A stretch of 64,000 nucleotides of DNA, taken from assembly GCA_963798085.1 (NCBI GenBank), contig CAWCRS010000001.1, positions 192,001 through 256,000 on the forward strand. Reading direction: 5' to 3'. The stretch is from an uncultured Gemmatimonadales bacterium (GTDB lineage: Bacteria; Gemmatimonadota; Gemmatimonadetes; Longimicrobiales; RSA9). The translations under genes and the position numbers were made by a program. Positions 17,949-29,807 of this stretch are shown piece by piece. Every line of letters starts with the position of its first letter. Position 1 is the stretch's first letter. A model generated the notes under the pieces. The model saw only the letters and a list, made by a program, of their open reading frames with translations. It was not told the origin of the DNA and did not search any database.

Positions 17949-20684
17949 CTACTTGTTTGCGTCCAGCACTGCCTTGCGATCCAGCCAGCTCTGTCCGTCC
18001 GTGATCCACTTCGGTGCGGGCTCGCCCTTGAGATAGTGCGCGAACCACTGGAGGATGCGATGCTCGTAGTCGAGCGCATTCTCCCGCTTGCCCAGCCCAT
18101 GGCCCTCGCCCGGGTAAAGCAGCATAACCGCCTGTTTGCCCGCGCGGCGGGCATAGTTCCAGAACTCGACGCCCTGGTGCGGGTCCACGGTGCCGTCGTC
18201 GCCGCCGATCTCCATGAGGATGCTCTGCGCGGGCATCGCGTTCACCTTCTCGATCGGGTTGTTGCGCGACATTGCCGCCCAGTCGTCCCACGGCGGCACC
18301 TCCATGCGGAACTGGCCGGTCTCCCAGTGATCGAACTCGGGCACGGAACTCCAGTGCATCTGCCCGGCGAAGCTGATCATGTCGGTGATGCCGGCGCCGG
18401 CGACCGCGGTCTTGATGTACTTGTCGTGCGTGGCAAGGAAGTACGCCTCATAGCCACCCTGCGAGTGGCCGCAGTGGCCGATGTTCGCGGGATCGACCAG
18501 CCCGCGGTCGAGCACCGACTTGATCGCGCCGTCCACCGCGGCCTGCGTGTCCAGACCGAACTGGCGCGGCCGGAACACGATGTCCGGCATCAGCACGAAG
18601 TAGCCGTTCTGCGTGAAGACGTTGGCGTTGTAGTAGTCCGTTTCGCGCGGCACGATGTAGCGGTGCAGCCCCTGCGAGAGCAGCTCGTACGTGTACACGA
18701 TCATCGGGTACTTCTTGTTCGCGTCGTAATTCGCGGGATAGTAGAGGATCCCCTGCAGCTGCTTTCCCAGCGTGCTCCGGTAGTTGATCAGCTCGGCCCG
18801 GCCCCAGGCGTAGTTCTTCTGGAACGGGTTCGTCTCCGTCATCTGTTGCGCTTCCGCCAGCGTCGCGTCGCCCACGAACACGTCCGGCGAATCCTCGAAC
18901 GTCTGGCGTACGAACGCGTAGCGCTCGGCGCTGTCGGCCTTCGCGAGTGCGTTCACCTGCGCGTCCTCGAACACCACGCGCTTCACCTGGCCGTTCGGCA
19001 GCAGCTGCGCGTACCCGCTCTGCTTCGTCTTCTTGCCGTACAGCGAGAGCCAGACCGGCTGCGAACGATCGACGACGCGGTCCCTTGCGGAACCGCCGAA
19101 GCCGAAGGGGTCGAAGCGCCCGCCGAGCAGGACGATGCGATACTGCACGCCTTCCTTTGCACCGTCGGTGAGTCGCGTGCCGCCCGAGCCATCCGGCGCG
19201 AGTGCCCACACGTCGTATTCGGTCGTCACAAACATCGTGTTGCCATCCTTGCTCCACGTCGGCGCACCCCACGGACCGAGCACGTCGCTCGGATGGTCGT
19301 CGTCCCGGTCCACGAAGTCGGCGTGCTGTGACGTGCGCACCTTCTCCGTGACGTTAACCCTGGCGCCGGTCGCAATGTTCACCAGCCAGAAGTCCTTGCC
19401 GTCGAACCACGACACGCGCTGGCCGGTGGGATCGGCGTCATACAGGAAGCGGATCTTCTCGAGCAGCTTCTTCCGCACGCCCGTGCCGATGTCGACTGTG
19501 TAGAGGTCCTCATCGCGGCGGCCGAACTTCTGGCCCCAGGCGTACGGTTTGCGATCGGTCTCCGTGAGGTACCGGTCACCATCCAGCACCGTCGCAGACT
19601 CCTGATCATCGCTGCCGAGCTGCAGGACGCTGCCGTCCGCGTGCCAGGCGGCGACCAGCGTCGCGCGCAGGTCGCGCTGCTCCGACGAGCGCTGCTGCGG
19701 GATCGCCCGCACATCATTGACGTGCCAGATCTCGACGTCGGAGACCTTCTCCTCGCTCTTCTTCACAGCGTTGGCGGTGTCGTGGCGCTCCTGAAGGCCG
19801 AAGTAGATCGTGCGGCCGTCGTCCGACCACGCGGGCCGGCGGTACTCGGCAATGCGCATCTTCGCGGGGAAGCCGGGAGCGGTCGCCGGGTCGAGCGTGC
19901 GCGGCGGGGCGCCCGTCGCGGGCGAGTCCCACGTCAGGATCACGTGCGCCGTGTCGCTGAACTCCTTCGAGACGCTCGTGCGCAGCACGGCGAGCGCGTC
20001 CGACTTCTCGCGAAACGCAAGCGCGCGATACAGCGATGGCGACGACTCCAGCACGCGCACGGCCCCGGTGGCGCCATCGTAGAGTTGCACGGCATTCCCG
20101 CCGTCCACCGTGATGGCGAGGGCGAGATGCGGCTTCGCCTCGCTCCACACCTGCTCGGACACGTTGGCGAACGCGACGCGCGTCCCTCTGGAGAGGTCGA
20201 GCACGAGCACATCGTTCACGCGCTTGCCTTCGGCCGCGTAGCGCGTCAGCGAGACGAACCCGCCGGCCGGCGCGAACGCGAACCCGCTCACATCGGGAAG
20301 CGCGATCGTGTCGCCCGTCGCGAGGTTGCGCGCGACGAATGTCGTGTGCACCGGCTTCTTCTCCTTCGTGAGCCGTTCGCGCTCCTTCGTCGACACGCCG
20401 ACGAGACAGGCAAACCACCGCGAGTCGTTCGAGAACGACGCCGACTGGCCGAAGGGGATGGTAACCTGCGCGTCATGCGCGCCACCGCGCAGGTGAAGGC
20501 TGCCGTCCTGGTCGCCGCGGGTGATGGACCAGCTGAGCCACGCGCCGTCCGGCGAAAGTCGGTTCTGACCGAGTGTTTCCCACTGGGCCAGGTCTTTCTG
20601 CGTGAGCAGGGGTTGGTTCTGCGCACGCGCCGAAGTGGCGAGGGCGAGGACGAGGAGCACGGAGCGAAAGAGGATGCGTGCCAT
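17949..20684 (-). CDS. S9 family (prolyl oligopeptidase/acylaminoacyl) peptidase, secreted
   Basis: Signal peptide, beta-propeller repeats, and catalytic motifs GHSQGG, DGTV and GEGHG. Confidence 0.93.
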   Translation of the reverse strand: MARILFRSVLLVLALATSARAQNQPLLTQKDLAQWETLGQNRLSPDGAWLSWSITRGDQDGSLHLRGGAHDAQVTIPFGQSASFSNDSRWFACLVGVSTKERERLTKEKKPVHTTFVARNLATGDTIALPDVSGFAFAPAGGFVSLTRYAAEGKRVNDVLVLDLSRGTRVAFANVSEQVWSEAKPHLALAITVDGGNAVQLYDGATGAVRVLESSPSLYRALAFREKSDALAVLRTSVSKEFSDTAHVILTWDSPATGAPPRTLDPATAPGFPAKMRIAEYRRPAWSDDGRTIYFGLQERHDTANAVKKSEEKVSDVEIWHVNDVRAIPQQRSSEQRDLRATLVAAWHADGSVLQLGSDDQESATVLDGDRYLTETDRKPYAWGQKFGRRDEDLYTVDIGTGVRKKLLEKIRFLYDADPTGQRVSWFDGKDFWLVNIATGARVNVTEKVRTSQHADFVDRDDDHPSDVLGPWGAPTWSKDGNTMFVTTEYDVWALAPDGSGGTRLTDGAKEGVQYRIVLLGGRFDPFGFGGSARDRVVDRSQPVWLSLYGKKTKQSGYAQLLPNGQVKRVVFEDAQVNALAKADSAERYAFVRQTFEDSPDVFVGDATLAEAQQMTETNPFQKNYAWGRAELINYRSTLGKQLQGILYYPANYDANKKYPMIVYTYELLSQGLHRYIVPRETDYYNANVFTQNGYFVLMPDIVFRPRQFGLDTQAAVDGAIKSVLDRGLVDPANIGHCGHSQGGYEAYFLATHDKYIKTAVAGAGITDMISFAGQMHWSSVPEFDHWETGQFRMEVPPWDDWAAMSRNNPIEKVNAMPAQSILMEIGGDDGTVDPHQGVEFWNYARRAGKQAVMLLYPGEGHGLGKRENALDYEHRILQWFAHYLKGEPAPKWITDGQSWLDRKAVLDANK

Positions 20685-20910
20685 CGGAGTGTGCGGTGAG
20701 GGTTGCGGTCGGTTCCGCCATGGAGTGCCGATTCGGCGGGTAGCTTACGAGCCGGGAGGACTGCACCGCAAACTCCCGGCGTGTCGTTGGCCGCCACGCG
20801 TCCGCGTCGCGTGGGCACGCCACACGGCGCTGGACTCGCCCTTCGTCCCGCACCTCGCGCCATGGCGCGGGGCCGCACGCACATTCGGTCGTTCGAGGCG
20901 AAGCCATCGG

Positions 20911-22686
20911 GTGACACTGTCCGTCCAACGGGATGCACACTACCAGGAATGGTCCAGCGCCCTGCCGCGCGCGCTCGCCGCGTTGCTCGCGGCGCTCGCG
21001 GCGGGCGGTCTACGGCCGCTGTCCAGCCAGGCCAGCGCGCAGGCGACGGCCATGGCCGGGCGCCCCATCCCCACCGGCGTCGAAACGCACCTCGCGGAGT
21101 GGCTGAGCCGTGCAGAGCCGTTCGGCATCACGGGCGCGGTGGCGGTGCTGCGCGACACAGTCCTCACGCTCGCGGAAGGCTTCGGTCCACTGAACCCGGA
21201 TGGCGGACACATCGGACCCGACACGCCGTTCCTGCTCGCGTCGCTGTCGAAGCAGTTCACCGCGACCGCGATTCTCCAGTCGGCGGCAGCGGGCCACCTG
21301 CGACTCACGGACTCGATCGCGCAGTACTTCCCCGACACGCGCGGCCCCGTTCGCCACGCGACGATCGCGCAACTGCTCTCGCACACGAGCGGGATGGTCT
21401 ACATCGAGCCGGGGATGTTCGACCCGGCGCCGAACCGGCCCGCGTTGATGCGGGAATTGCTCGCGCTCCCGCTCGATTTCGAACCGGGGGCGCGCTACAG
21501 CTACTCCAGTCCAGGTTACGCGGTGCTCGCCGGCATCCTCGAGATCGCCGAGCACAAACGGTTCGAGGATGTCCTGACCGAACGCATCTTTCGTCCCGCC
21601 GGCATGACGCACACGACGTTCATGGGACGCCCGGTGAGCGGCGCGCCGAATGGCGTGCAGATGGGCGAGGACCAGGGTCCCATGAGCGACATTCCCGGTG
21701 TGGATCGCGCGGTCGGGAACGGGTCGGTCATCAGCACGGCGCGCGATCTCGCGCGCTGGGAAGTCGCGCTCCGCCGGCATACCGTGCTCGATGAGCGCTG
21801 GACACGCGAGCTGTTCACGCCGCGCACCCCCGCAGGCGCCGGACAGTACGCGTTCGGCTGGAACATCACGCCCACACCGCGCGGCACCACGCTCATCTAC
21901 CACGCGGGCGACCTGGGCCCGTTCAACGCGGAATTCCGCCGCTACGTGGACGACAGATTCACGCTGATCTGGCTCTCGAACGCGCGCCTCGCCAGCAGTG
22001 GAACGCGGGCCGTCGTGACGGCGGTGGCCGCAGGGTTCATCAACGGTACGCCGGTGACAATGCCCCCGCTGGTTGCTCCGCGAGACACGAATGCGGAGCG
22101 GAGCGTCAGCGGCCGCTACGTGCTGCCGCATGGCGACACGCTGGTCGTCACGCGAACGGCGGGCGGTGTTGCGATTGCCGCAGCCGGCGCCGAGGCCGTC
22201 GCCGCGCTTGGCGGCGGCGAGGATGCAGGCGGAATCGCGAGCCGCGTCGCCAGCGCACTCGAGGCGCTGCAGCACGGCAACGACTCGGCTTTCGCGGGCA
22301 TTCTCCATCCGGCGGTCGGCGCGTCGGGGGTTGCGGGGCGTGTGCGCCAGCTGCTGTCGAGTCTCGCCGATTCAATCGGCTCGCCGGTGCGGCTTGCCGC
22401 GGTGGGATTCGTCCCGACCGGGCCGGGCGCGGGCACCGCGTGGGTGCGGGCGCGCGGCCCGCTTGCATCGCTGATGCTGAGTTTCGGCGCGACCGGGGGA
22501 CGCCTCATCGCGTTCCCGAATCCGACGCCGTACGCCGCCGAGCAACGGCTGCGCAGCGCACCGGGCGGCGGCTTCGTCGCGTTCGATCCGCTGTCGCTGC
22601 GCGTGACGAGCGTTGCGCGCTCCGGGGATCACATCGACGTCGCCTTCGGCGGCGCCGCGCCCGTGCGCGCGGTGCGCGTTTCCTGA
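20911..22686 (+). CDS. Serine hydrolase, beta-lactamase/AmpC-like family
   Basis: SLSK (SxxK), LLSHTSG, YSYSSPGY and HAG. Start codon uncertain. Confidence 0.88.
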   Translation: MTLSVQRDAHYQEWSSALPRALAALLAALAAGGLRPLSSQASAQATAMAGRPIPTGVETHLAEWLSRAEPFGITGAVAVLRDTVLTLAEGFGPLNPDGGHIGPDTPFLLASLSKQFTATAILQSAAAGHLRLTDSIAQYFPDTRGPVRHATIAQLLSHTSGMVYIEPGMFDPAPNRPALMRELLALPLDFEPGARYSYSSPGYAVLAGILEIAEHKRFEDVLTERIFRPAGMTHTTFMGRPVSGAPNGVQMGEDQGPMSDIPGVDRAVGNGSVISTARDLARWEVALRRHTVLDERWTRELFTPRTPAGAGQYAFGWNITPTPRGTTLIYHAGDLGPFNAEFRRYVDDRFTLIWLSNARLASSGTRAVVTAVAAGFINGTPVTMPPLVAPRDTNAERSVSGRYVLPHGDTLVVTRTAGGVAIAAAGAEAVAALGGGEDAGGIASRVASALEALQHGNDSAFAGILHPAVGASGVAGRVRQLLSSLADSIGSPVRLAAVGFVPTGPGAGTAWVRARGPLASLMLSFGATGGRLIAFPNPTPYAAEQRLRSAPGGGFVAFDPLSLRVTSVARSGDHIDVAFGGAAPVRAVRVS

Positions 22687-22790
22687 ACACTCCCCGCACC
22701 CGCCTCGTGACGGCGGCTGCGGGCGGGCCACGCGCCAACCCTGAAAGACGGCCGCCCATCGATGCGATGGTGGCCTGCACCGGAGCTTGA

Positions 22791-25200
22791 ATGCGTCAAC
22801 TCGAATGGCTGGTTCAGCTGCGCGCCGACGTGACGTTCGCGCTGCGCAGCCTGCTCAAGGCGCCGGGCTTCGCGGCCGCGGCGATACTGACGCTCGCGCT
22901 CGGCGCGGGCGCCACCACCGCGATCTACAGCGTCGCGCGCGCGGTCGCGCTCCGGCCGTTCCCCATCACGCACGCCGAGCGCGTCGTGCGCATGTACGAG
23001 ACGAATCCGTCCACCAACGCGTTCGCGACATCGGAGCTCAACTATCTCGACTATCGCGATCAGACGACGAGTTTCAGCGCGTTCGCGGCGTGGATCCCGC
23101 GCAGCTTCAGCCTGCTCGGTCACGGCGACCCCGTGCAGCTGAACGGATCGGCCGTGACGGCCAACTACTTCACGGTGATGGATGTGAAGCCGGTTTCCGG
23201 GTCGCTCTACGGGCCCGACCAGGATCGGCCTGGCGGTGATACCCACGTCGTGGTGCTGAGCGAGGGCGCCTGGAAGCGCGTGTTCGGCGCGGATCCCGCG
23301 ATCGTGGGCAAGTCGCTGGACTTCGATGGTGTCGGCTACCTCGTGCTGGGCGTGATCCCCAATGAAGACTCGTACCTGCCGAGCGATTTCTGGGTGCCGC
23401 TCGCGCCCAACCCGCAGGGCGTGCGCAACGTGCACAACCTGCGCGGCCTCGCGCGCCTCAGGCCGGGCGTCACGCTGGCGCAGGCGAACGCGGATATCGG
23501 CGCGGTCGCGGCCCGGCTCGCGAAACAGTATCCCACCACGAACGGCGACTGGGGCGCGCGCGTCGGGCCCTTCGAGCTGTGGATCCTCGGACCGAACGCG
23601 CGGCCGCGCATGCTGAAGCCTCATCGGCGCATCCGTGTTCGTCCTCCTCCTCGCCTGCGTGAACGTGGGTAATCTTCTGTTAGTGCGCGGCACGGCCCGC
23701 CAGCGCGAGCTGTCGGTGCGCGCCGCGCTGGGCGCCGGACGCGCGCGCATCCTGCGGCAGCTGATCACGGAGAGCGCCACACTCTCGCTGATCGGGTCGC
23801 TCGCAGGCCTTGCCATGCCGCAAGCGTGCTGCCGCTGCTGCGCAGCGTGAGTCCCGGCAATATTCCGCGACTCAACGAAGCGGACATCGACGGCAGCGTG
23901 CTGCTGGTCGCGCTCGGCGCCACGGTGCTCGCCACGCTCGCGTTCGGCATCCTGCCCGCGCTGATCGCGACACGCATGAATCTGCAGTCCGCCCTGCGCC
24001 AGGGCGGGCGCTCCGTTTCCGCCAGCGGTCGCGGAATGCGGCGAGGTCTGGTGGTGGCCGAGGTCGCACTGGCCGTGCTGCTGCTGATCGGTGCGGGATT
24101 GTTCGGCAGGAGCTTCACCAACCTCAGCGTCGTGTCGACCGGTTTTCGCTCTGACGCGGTCCTGCAGCTCACCATGCCCGCGCCCGTCGGCCTGCCGCGC
24201 GATCAGCGACTCGCGTTCTTCGAGAGCGTCGACGCCGCCGTGGCGGCGGTGCCGGGGATCGTCAGCGTGGGCGCAACCAACATCGTGCCCTTCGCGGGCG
24301 GCAACTCCAACACGCAGTTCATCGCGGAAGGCCATGACGCGCCCGGCGAATTCTTCGCCGCGAACTGGCGCACGGTCACGCCAGGGTTCTTCCCCACGCT
24401 CGGCATTCCGCTGAAGAACGGCCGGCTGTTCACCGCGGACGACCGCTCGGACCACGGCCGAGTGGCGCTGATCGACGAGACCATGGCGCAGAAGCTCTGG
24501 CCGAACGGCGATGCCATCGGCAAGCACATGGTCGCGGCCACCAGCAAGCGCGCCCCCGAAGACCGCATCGAGATCGTCGGCGTGGTGGGTAGCGTGCGCG
24601 ATCTCATCCCCGCAAACGATCCCGCGCCCACCGTCTACATCCCGATGGCGCAGAGTCCGTGGCCGTTCATGACGTATCTGGCGAAGGTGCGCGCGGACCC
24701 GCAGGGCGTGAGCGACGGAATCAAGCGCGCCATGCGCGCCGCTGCACCCAACACACCCGTGCCCACGGTCACGCGGCTCGCCGTGAACCTCGAGAACGCG
24801 ATCGCACCGCAGCGGTTCACCGCATGGCTGCTCGTGGTGTTCGCCGTGATGGCGATGACGCTCGCGGCGGTCGGGATCTACGGCGTGATCTCGTACGGCG
24901 TGGCACAGCGCACGCCGGAAATGGGCATCGCCTCGCGCTCGGCGCGGAACCTCGCCGCGTTGCTAAAATGGTGTTATACGACGGCTGCACACCTGCCGTG
25001 ATCGGCGTGGTCCTGGGATCACTGCTCGCGTGGTGCTCTCGCGACTGCTCACTTCGCTCCTCTTCGGCACATCCGGAACAGACCCGCTAACCTACACCGT
25101 GGTGGCAGCGGTGCTGCTCGTCGTATCGGCCGCGGCAAGCTATGTGCCTGCCAGGCGGGCGGCGCGGCTGGATCCGCTGGCGGCGCTCAGAACGGACTGA
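22791..25200 (+). pseudogene. ADOP/MacB-FtsX ABC permease, split by ~4 frameshifts (possibly sequencing errors)
   Basis: Motifs [57 protein letters not shown] and PARRAARLDPLAALR, spread over different frames. Confidence 0.85.
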
Positions 25201-25408
25201 TGAGAACACAGGACAGATGCGCTGGTAGTCGGTCATGGCGGTCGGTGCACAATCAAGCCTGCGACTCAGACGATCAGAAAGAGGCAGCTTGCCGCGCCCC
25301 AGGCAAGCGAATCAGTCGATCTGCGTCGATCCGGAGTCGGCCGGTTCTGCTTCAACCGGGTGACCTGGCGAGCGACAGACCAATGCATGTCGTTTGACAA
25401 TAAACTCT

Positions 25409-25972
25409 TCAGAAACCGATGCTACTACCGCGACACTCAATCGGAATGTGCAACAACGCTGTGCTTATCGCTCCCCCCGAGGCCCGCTGGACACCGCCTG
25501 CGACGAGCACGCCGTTGGAAACAGGCGCAACCGCGATTCGGGAAATGTATCGCACAGGGAGCACGGCCACGGTTCGGATACTGTCGTCAACGAGTTGCAC
25601 AATTCTGATCTGGCGTCTGCCTGACACGCGATTCACGTGATCAATAACCCATAGTTGATCTGGGCCTATGCGGATCGGATGGACGGCTGCGTTGGCTGTG
25701 ACACTAGAATCAAGCCGCAGCACGGGCATTCGGCATTTGCTCGGCCCTTCACGACTGCGCGGGCCTCGCGGCGTTGACCGCCCTCGTCCGCGGTCCGTGC
25801 GGTCCAGCTGATTACGAACCCAGGGGCGCGATCGGTCACGATTGGCTCAAGGACCTCACCATCACTGCTTGACGCGATCTTTGCTTGAATCTGCCACGTT
25901 GGTTTGTCGGTCCAGGCGAACAAAGAATTGCCATCTTCCGGAAGCGAATGATCTGGGTGTACCGCGAAGAGC
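25409..25972 (-). pseudogene. Remnant (3' part) of a beta-rich hypothetical gene adjoining the IS fragment
   Basis: Protein-like reading frames 25666-25970 and 25409-25729 joined by a frameshift; lower GC. Confidence 0.4.
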
Positions 25973-26240
25973 TCGAGGCAGGTCCAGGCGTTCACCGATC
26001 TCCTTGTTCTCGAGGCCTTCGGCAGCCATGAGCACAATCTTCGCTCGAACGACTTCGCGATACGGTAACGTATACTGGCGGCTCCGCGTCTGCAGGCAAT
26101 CTGCCGCTAACCTTCGGAGTCAGCCTGATGCGGTATGGGCTCTCTCTGGGCATAGTCTCCTCCGGTTGGAGAACAATTTGCCACGAGAGGGCTTCGAAGG
26201 CCACAACAATACCTGATCTTATTTATGTCCGGGTGGACTA
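25973..26240 (-). mobile_element. IS630-family remnant (left end and truncated transposase N-terminal HTH)
   Basis: MPRESPYRIRLT../RQYTLPYREVVRAKIVLMAAEGLENKEIGERLDLPR, frameshifted and truncated. RBS GGAGGAG. TA-starting end TAGTCCACCCGGACATAAATAAG. Confidence 0.75.
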
Positions 26241-26513
26241 GCGCGCGGGGATGGCGCACCCTGATTGCCAGATCCTTGGGCACGGACTGGGCGAGAACCC
26301 ACTCGTTCATAGACTCTTGAACATGCCCCGAATTCCGCCGGGCAACTTTCGGCGTCAAGCATTCCACAGAAACAATCCCTTGGCCGTGCGATCCTCTCCC
26401 GGCCCGTACACGCGATTCTGGAGGCTCGCGACAAGGCACCTTCCGCGGGCGGCCGCGCCGTGCGCGGTCTCCTCGCCTTCGCTCGGACCCAGGCAGCAAA
26501 CGGATCCATCATA

Positions 26514-26711
26514 TCAACAACAGCAGAACGGATTGCCATGCGCCGGCAGCAGGCAACCCAGACACTCAACCGTCCACGGAATCGGGACAGGTCCATTACT
26601 CAAGCCGCTTGCCGATTGGCTTGGCACGCTCAGCTCGCGCCCGAGCGTCGCAGTTTGCGTAACGGGCGGTCTTCTTTCGCTGTTTGCAGCAGGAGAGGTG
26701 AGTTGGGGCAT
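26514..26711 (-). CDS. Small 65-aa peptide with Cys-rich C-terminus
   Basis: GGAGGTCAC-ATG start. Ends WTVECLGCLLPAHGNPFCCC*. Confidence 0.4.
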   Translation of the reverse strand: MPQLTSPAANSERRPPVTQTATLGRELSVPSQSASGLSNGPVPIPWTVECLGCLLPAHGNPFCCC

Positions 26712-27122
26712 GTGACCTCCGGGGGTGAGAGTCAGCTGCACCTGGAAATCTTGGTGTTCCTTCTGAGGTTGCGGATCGGAATCGATCGAGGACAGCCTCG
26801 CTTTGCTCCGTCCGTCCGCGCCGTGTAATGTTTCGACAGCCTACGTCGATGCCTGGGGGAGCGCGATTGCCAAGCCAGCCCAACCGACACGCAACACCAA
26901 CCGCGCCGTCGGAAGCGGTCGGTCAGCCCTGCTTCGGAGTTGTTCGTGGGCCCGTGCTACAAGCGCGAAGGAACGCCTTTGGGGAGGGAAGGCTGTACCC
27001 CGCTCAACAAGCCACATAGATACGCTTGGAACGTTGCCGTCAATATTCCGCTCGCTTTGTGGCGGAATCTGATCGCGTACAGATGTCGCACACACGTGGC
27101 CGCGCTACCACTAACAGCAGCG

Positions 27123-28711
27123 TCAGTGAGGCCGGTCCTCTGAAGTCGCCTTCGGTGGCGTCACGTTGCGCGTCGACTCGATGAACCTGGCCAGGTCCTG
27201 TTTCAGCGCCTTGTGTGCGGAGGGCCGGATGTAGATCATATGGCCGGCCTCGTAGTAGCCGAACGACACGCGATCCGTGATCTGTTTGTCGTAGGCGAGG
27301 TGCGTGAAGTTGAACTCGGCGCCGCCCATGATCGTCGCCATGTCGTAGTAGCCGATGGCGACGAACACCTTCAGGAACGGATTGCGCGCCATCGCTCCGC
27401 GCAGCGCCTCCGTCATGTCCATGTAGCTGTTCTGCGTCGTACGTCCACGGCCGCACGTTGCCGGACGTCGGGTAGTGCAGGTCGGTCTTCCAGCCCAGCT
27501 CGTTGCGCACGTAATCCTGGAAGAGCGCCGTGTACGGTCCCTGCAGTCGCCTGGTTCGACGGATCGAATTCCTGGCGCTCGCCGGCGGCATCGAGGTCCA
27601 GCGCCGTGAATCGTCCGTCGAGCCGGCCGATCATCAGGCGCTGATCACGCAGCAGCTCTTTCCGGAACCGGCCGGCGCTCACCCGCAGGTTGGCGCTCCA
27701 GAATGAACTGCGGCGAGATGCCGGTGAGCCGCGCGAGCTTGTTGCGCGATCGCGGTCTTCTCGGCGTCGCGTGAGCGTGTTGCCCTTCGTCAGTGCGGTC
27801 ATGTACTCGCCCCAGCGCGAAGGACCTCGCCTGGTCCACGACCTGCTTCAGCGGTCAGTGATTGCAGGTCTGCCGGAGCCAGCTTCTTGTGGTACCACGC
27901 GTCGGCCGTGAACGTCTCGATGTTGCGACGCCCACGCGACATCGTTGTCGCGGTGCCGGTGAGAGCGTCTGGTAGGTCAGCAGCGACGAGATCAGGACGA
28001 TGCCGTTCAGCTCGATGCCGTGTCGCTGCTGCAGCTCGGCGGACAGGCCTGCGGAGCGGATCGTGCCATAGCTCTCGCCGATCAGGTACTTGGGTGACTC
28101 CAGCGGTTGTAGGTGGTCAGCCAGCCGTTGATGAACTCGCCGAACGCGCGGATGTCTGTCGTCTGCCCGTGGAACTCGCCCGGAGTTCACGCCGTGCGCG
28201 GTCCGGCTGTAGCCGGTCGATACCGCATCGACGAAGACGAGATCGGTGGCATCGATCAGCGAGTACTCGTTGTCTTCGAGGTGGAACGGTGGCGCCGGCT
28301 GGAATCCATCGTCCGCCATGCGCACGTGCTTCGGCGCGAACGAGCCCATGTGCAGCCAGATGGTCGCGGCGCCGGGCCCGCCGTTGTAGAGGAACGAGAT
28401 CGGGCGCGTACTGCGGTCCTCTCCATCCTTCGTGTACGCCACGAAGAACATGCGTGCCGCGATCTCGTTGTTATCGAGGCGGATCGGAATCGTGCCGACC
28501 GTGGCGGTGTAGCGGATTTCCTTGCCATCAAGGCGAACGGTGTGCGACGTCGTCGAGCCACATTCTCTTCGGCCGGCCCGAAGTACTCGACGCGCGCGGC
28601 AGACGGCGCGGCCTGCGCCTGATTGCCACGGCCCTGCGCAGCAGTCGTCGAGAACACGGCGCCCGTCAGCAAGGCGCCGATCAGAAGGGAACGTCGCATC
28701 GCGTGCTCCAT
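27123..28711 (-). pseudogene. S10 family serine carboxypeptidase, multiple frameshifts (possibly sequencing errors)
   Basis: Motifs FLYNGGPG, LVFVDAVSTGYS, GESYGTIR, IGRLDGRF, GYYDMAT and YYEAGHMIY in different frames. Confidence 0.88.
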
Positions 28712-28800
28712 GAGATCGCCTCGTGTGTGTTGTCGCTCCATTGAGAATTTGCAGTATGGCGGGCACGAGGGTCGCGGGCAACGCGAAGCCACCACGAGGC

Positions 28801-28840
28801 TTGACAGGTTGCCGCCGTTTATCCATCCTTATATGCGGAT
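28801..28840 (+). promoter_or_regulatory. Sigma70-type promoter with overlapping candidate SahR operator
   Basis: TTGACA at 28801, 17 nt spacer, CATCCT. Imperfect palindrome ATCCTTATATGCGGAT at 28825-28840. Confidence 0.55.
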
Positions 28841-29807
28841 ATGCGGATGACTACCCCGAGAATGATCATCGCCGGGCACGATGTCTTCGACCGGCTGCAG
28901 ACCCTGTCCGACGAGACCCGGTCACGGCTGCTGCTTCTCCTTGAGGAGCACGAGTTTACGGTCTCCGAGCTGTGCGCCGTGGTGCAGCTGCCCCAGTCGA
29001 CCGTGAGCCGGCACCTCAAGGTGCTGGCCGATGCGGGCTGGGTGCGTTCCCGCGCGGAAGGTCCGAGCCGACACTATCGGATGGCTTTGCTGGACCAGCC
29101 GGCGGCGGAGCTATGGCAGGTGGTGCGCCAGGGCGCGGCTGCTTCGAAGCAGGTGGCCGCGGACCGGGAGCGGGCGAGGACGGTGCGGGGCGCGAGGCGG
29201 GCGCGCTCCCGCGAGTTCTTTTCCGCCGCAGCGGCGGACTGGGATCGTCTGCGCACCGAATTGTTCGGTGAAGGAGCGGAGCGTCTGCCGCTCTTCGGTC
29301 TGCTCGATCCCGGGTGGACGGTCGCGGACCTGGGTGCCGGCACGGGTGCGCTGACAGAACTGTTAGCGTCATTCGTGCAGCGCGTGATCGCGGTGGACAG
29401 CTCGACCGAGATGCTGGATGCGTTGCGGCGCCGGCTCGACCGGGTGACGAATGTCGAGACGCAGGCGGGCGAGCTGGAATCGCTGCCCATCCGCAGCGGC
29501 TCCGTCAATGTCGCGTTCATGGTACTGGTGCTGCACTACGTGGTGGAGCCGGCGGACGTCCTGGCGGAAGCGGCCCGCGTGCTGCGGCCCGGCGGTCGCC
29601 TGATCCTGGTGGACATGCGCGAGCACGAGCGCGAGGAGTACCGCGACACCATGGGGCATGTCTGGACCGGGTTCAGTGAGGAGCAGAATGCGCGCGTGGG
29701 CGGCGCGCGCCGGCTTCGCCGCGGTGACGCTGCGGCCGGTACCGCCGGGGGTCGAGGCGAGGGGCCCGCTTCTGTTCGTGGCCACCATGATGAAGGCGAC
29801 GACGTGA
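28841..29807 (+). CDS. sahR: ArsR-HTH + SAM-methyltransferase-domain regulator (SahR-like); frameshift at ~29688
   Basis: Motifs [21 protein letters not shown] and VADLGAGTG. Directly upstream of ahcY. Removing one A restores [23 protein letters not shown]. Confidence 0.8.
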
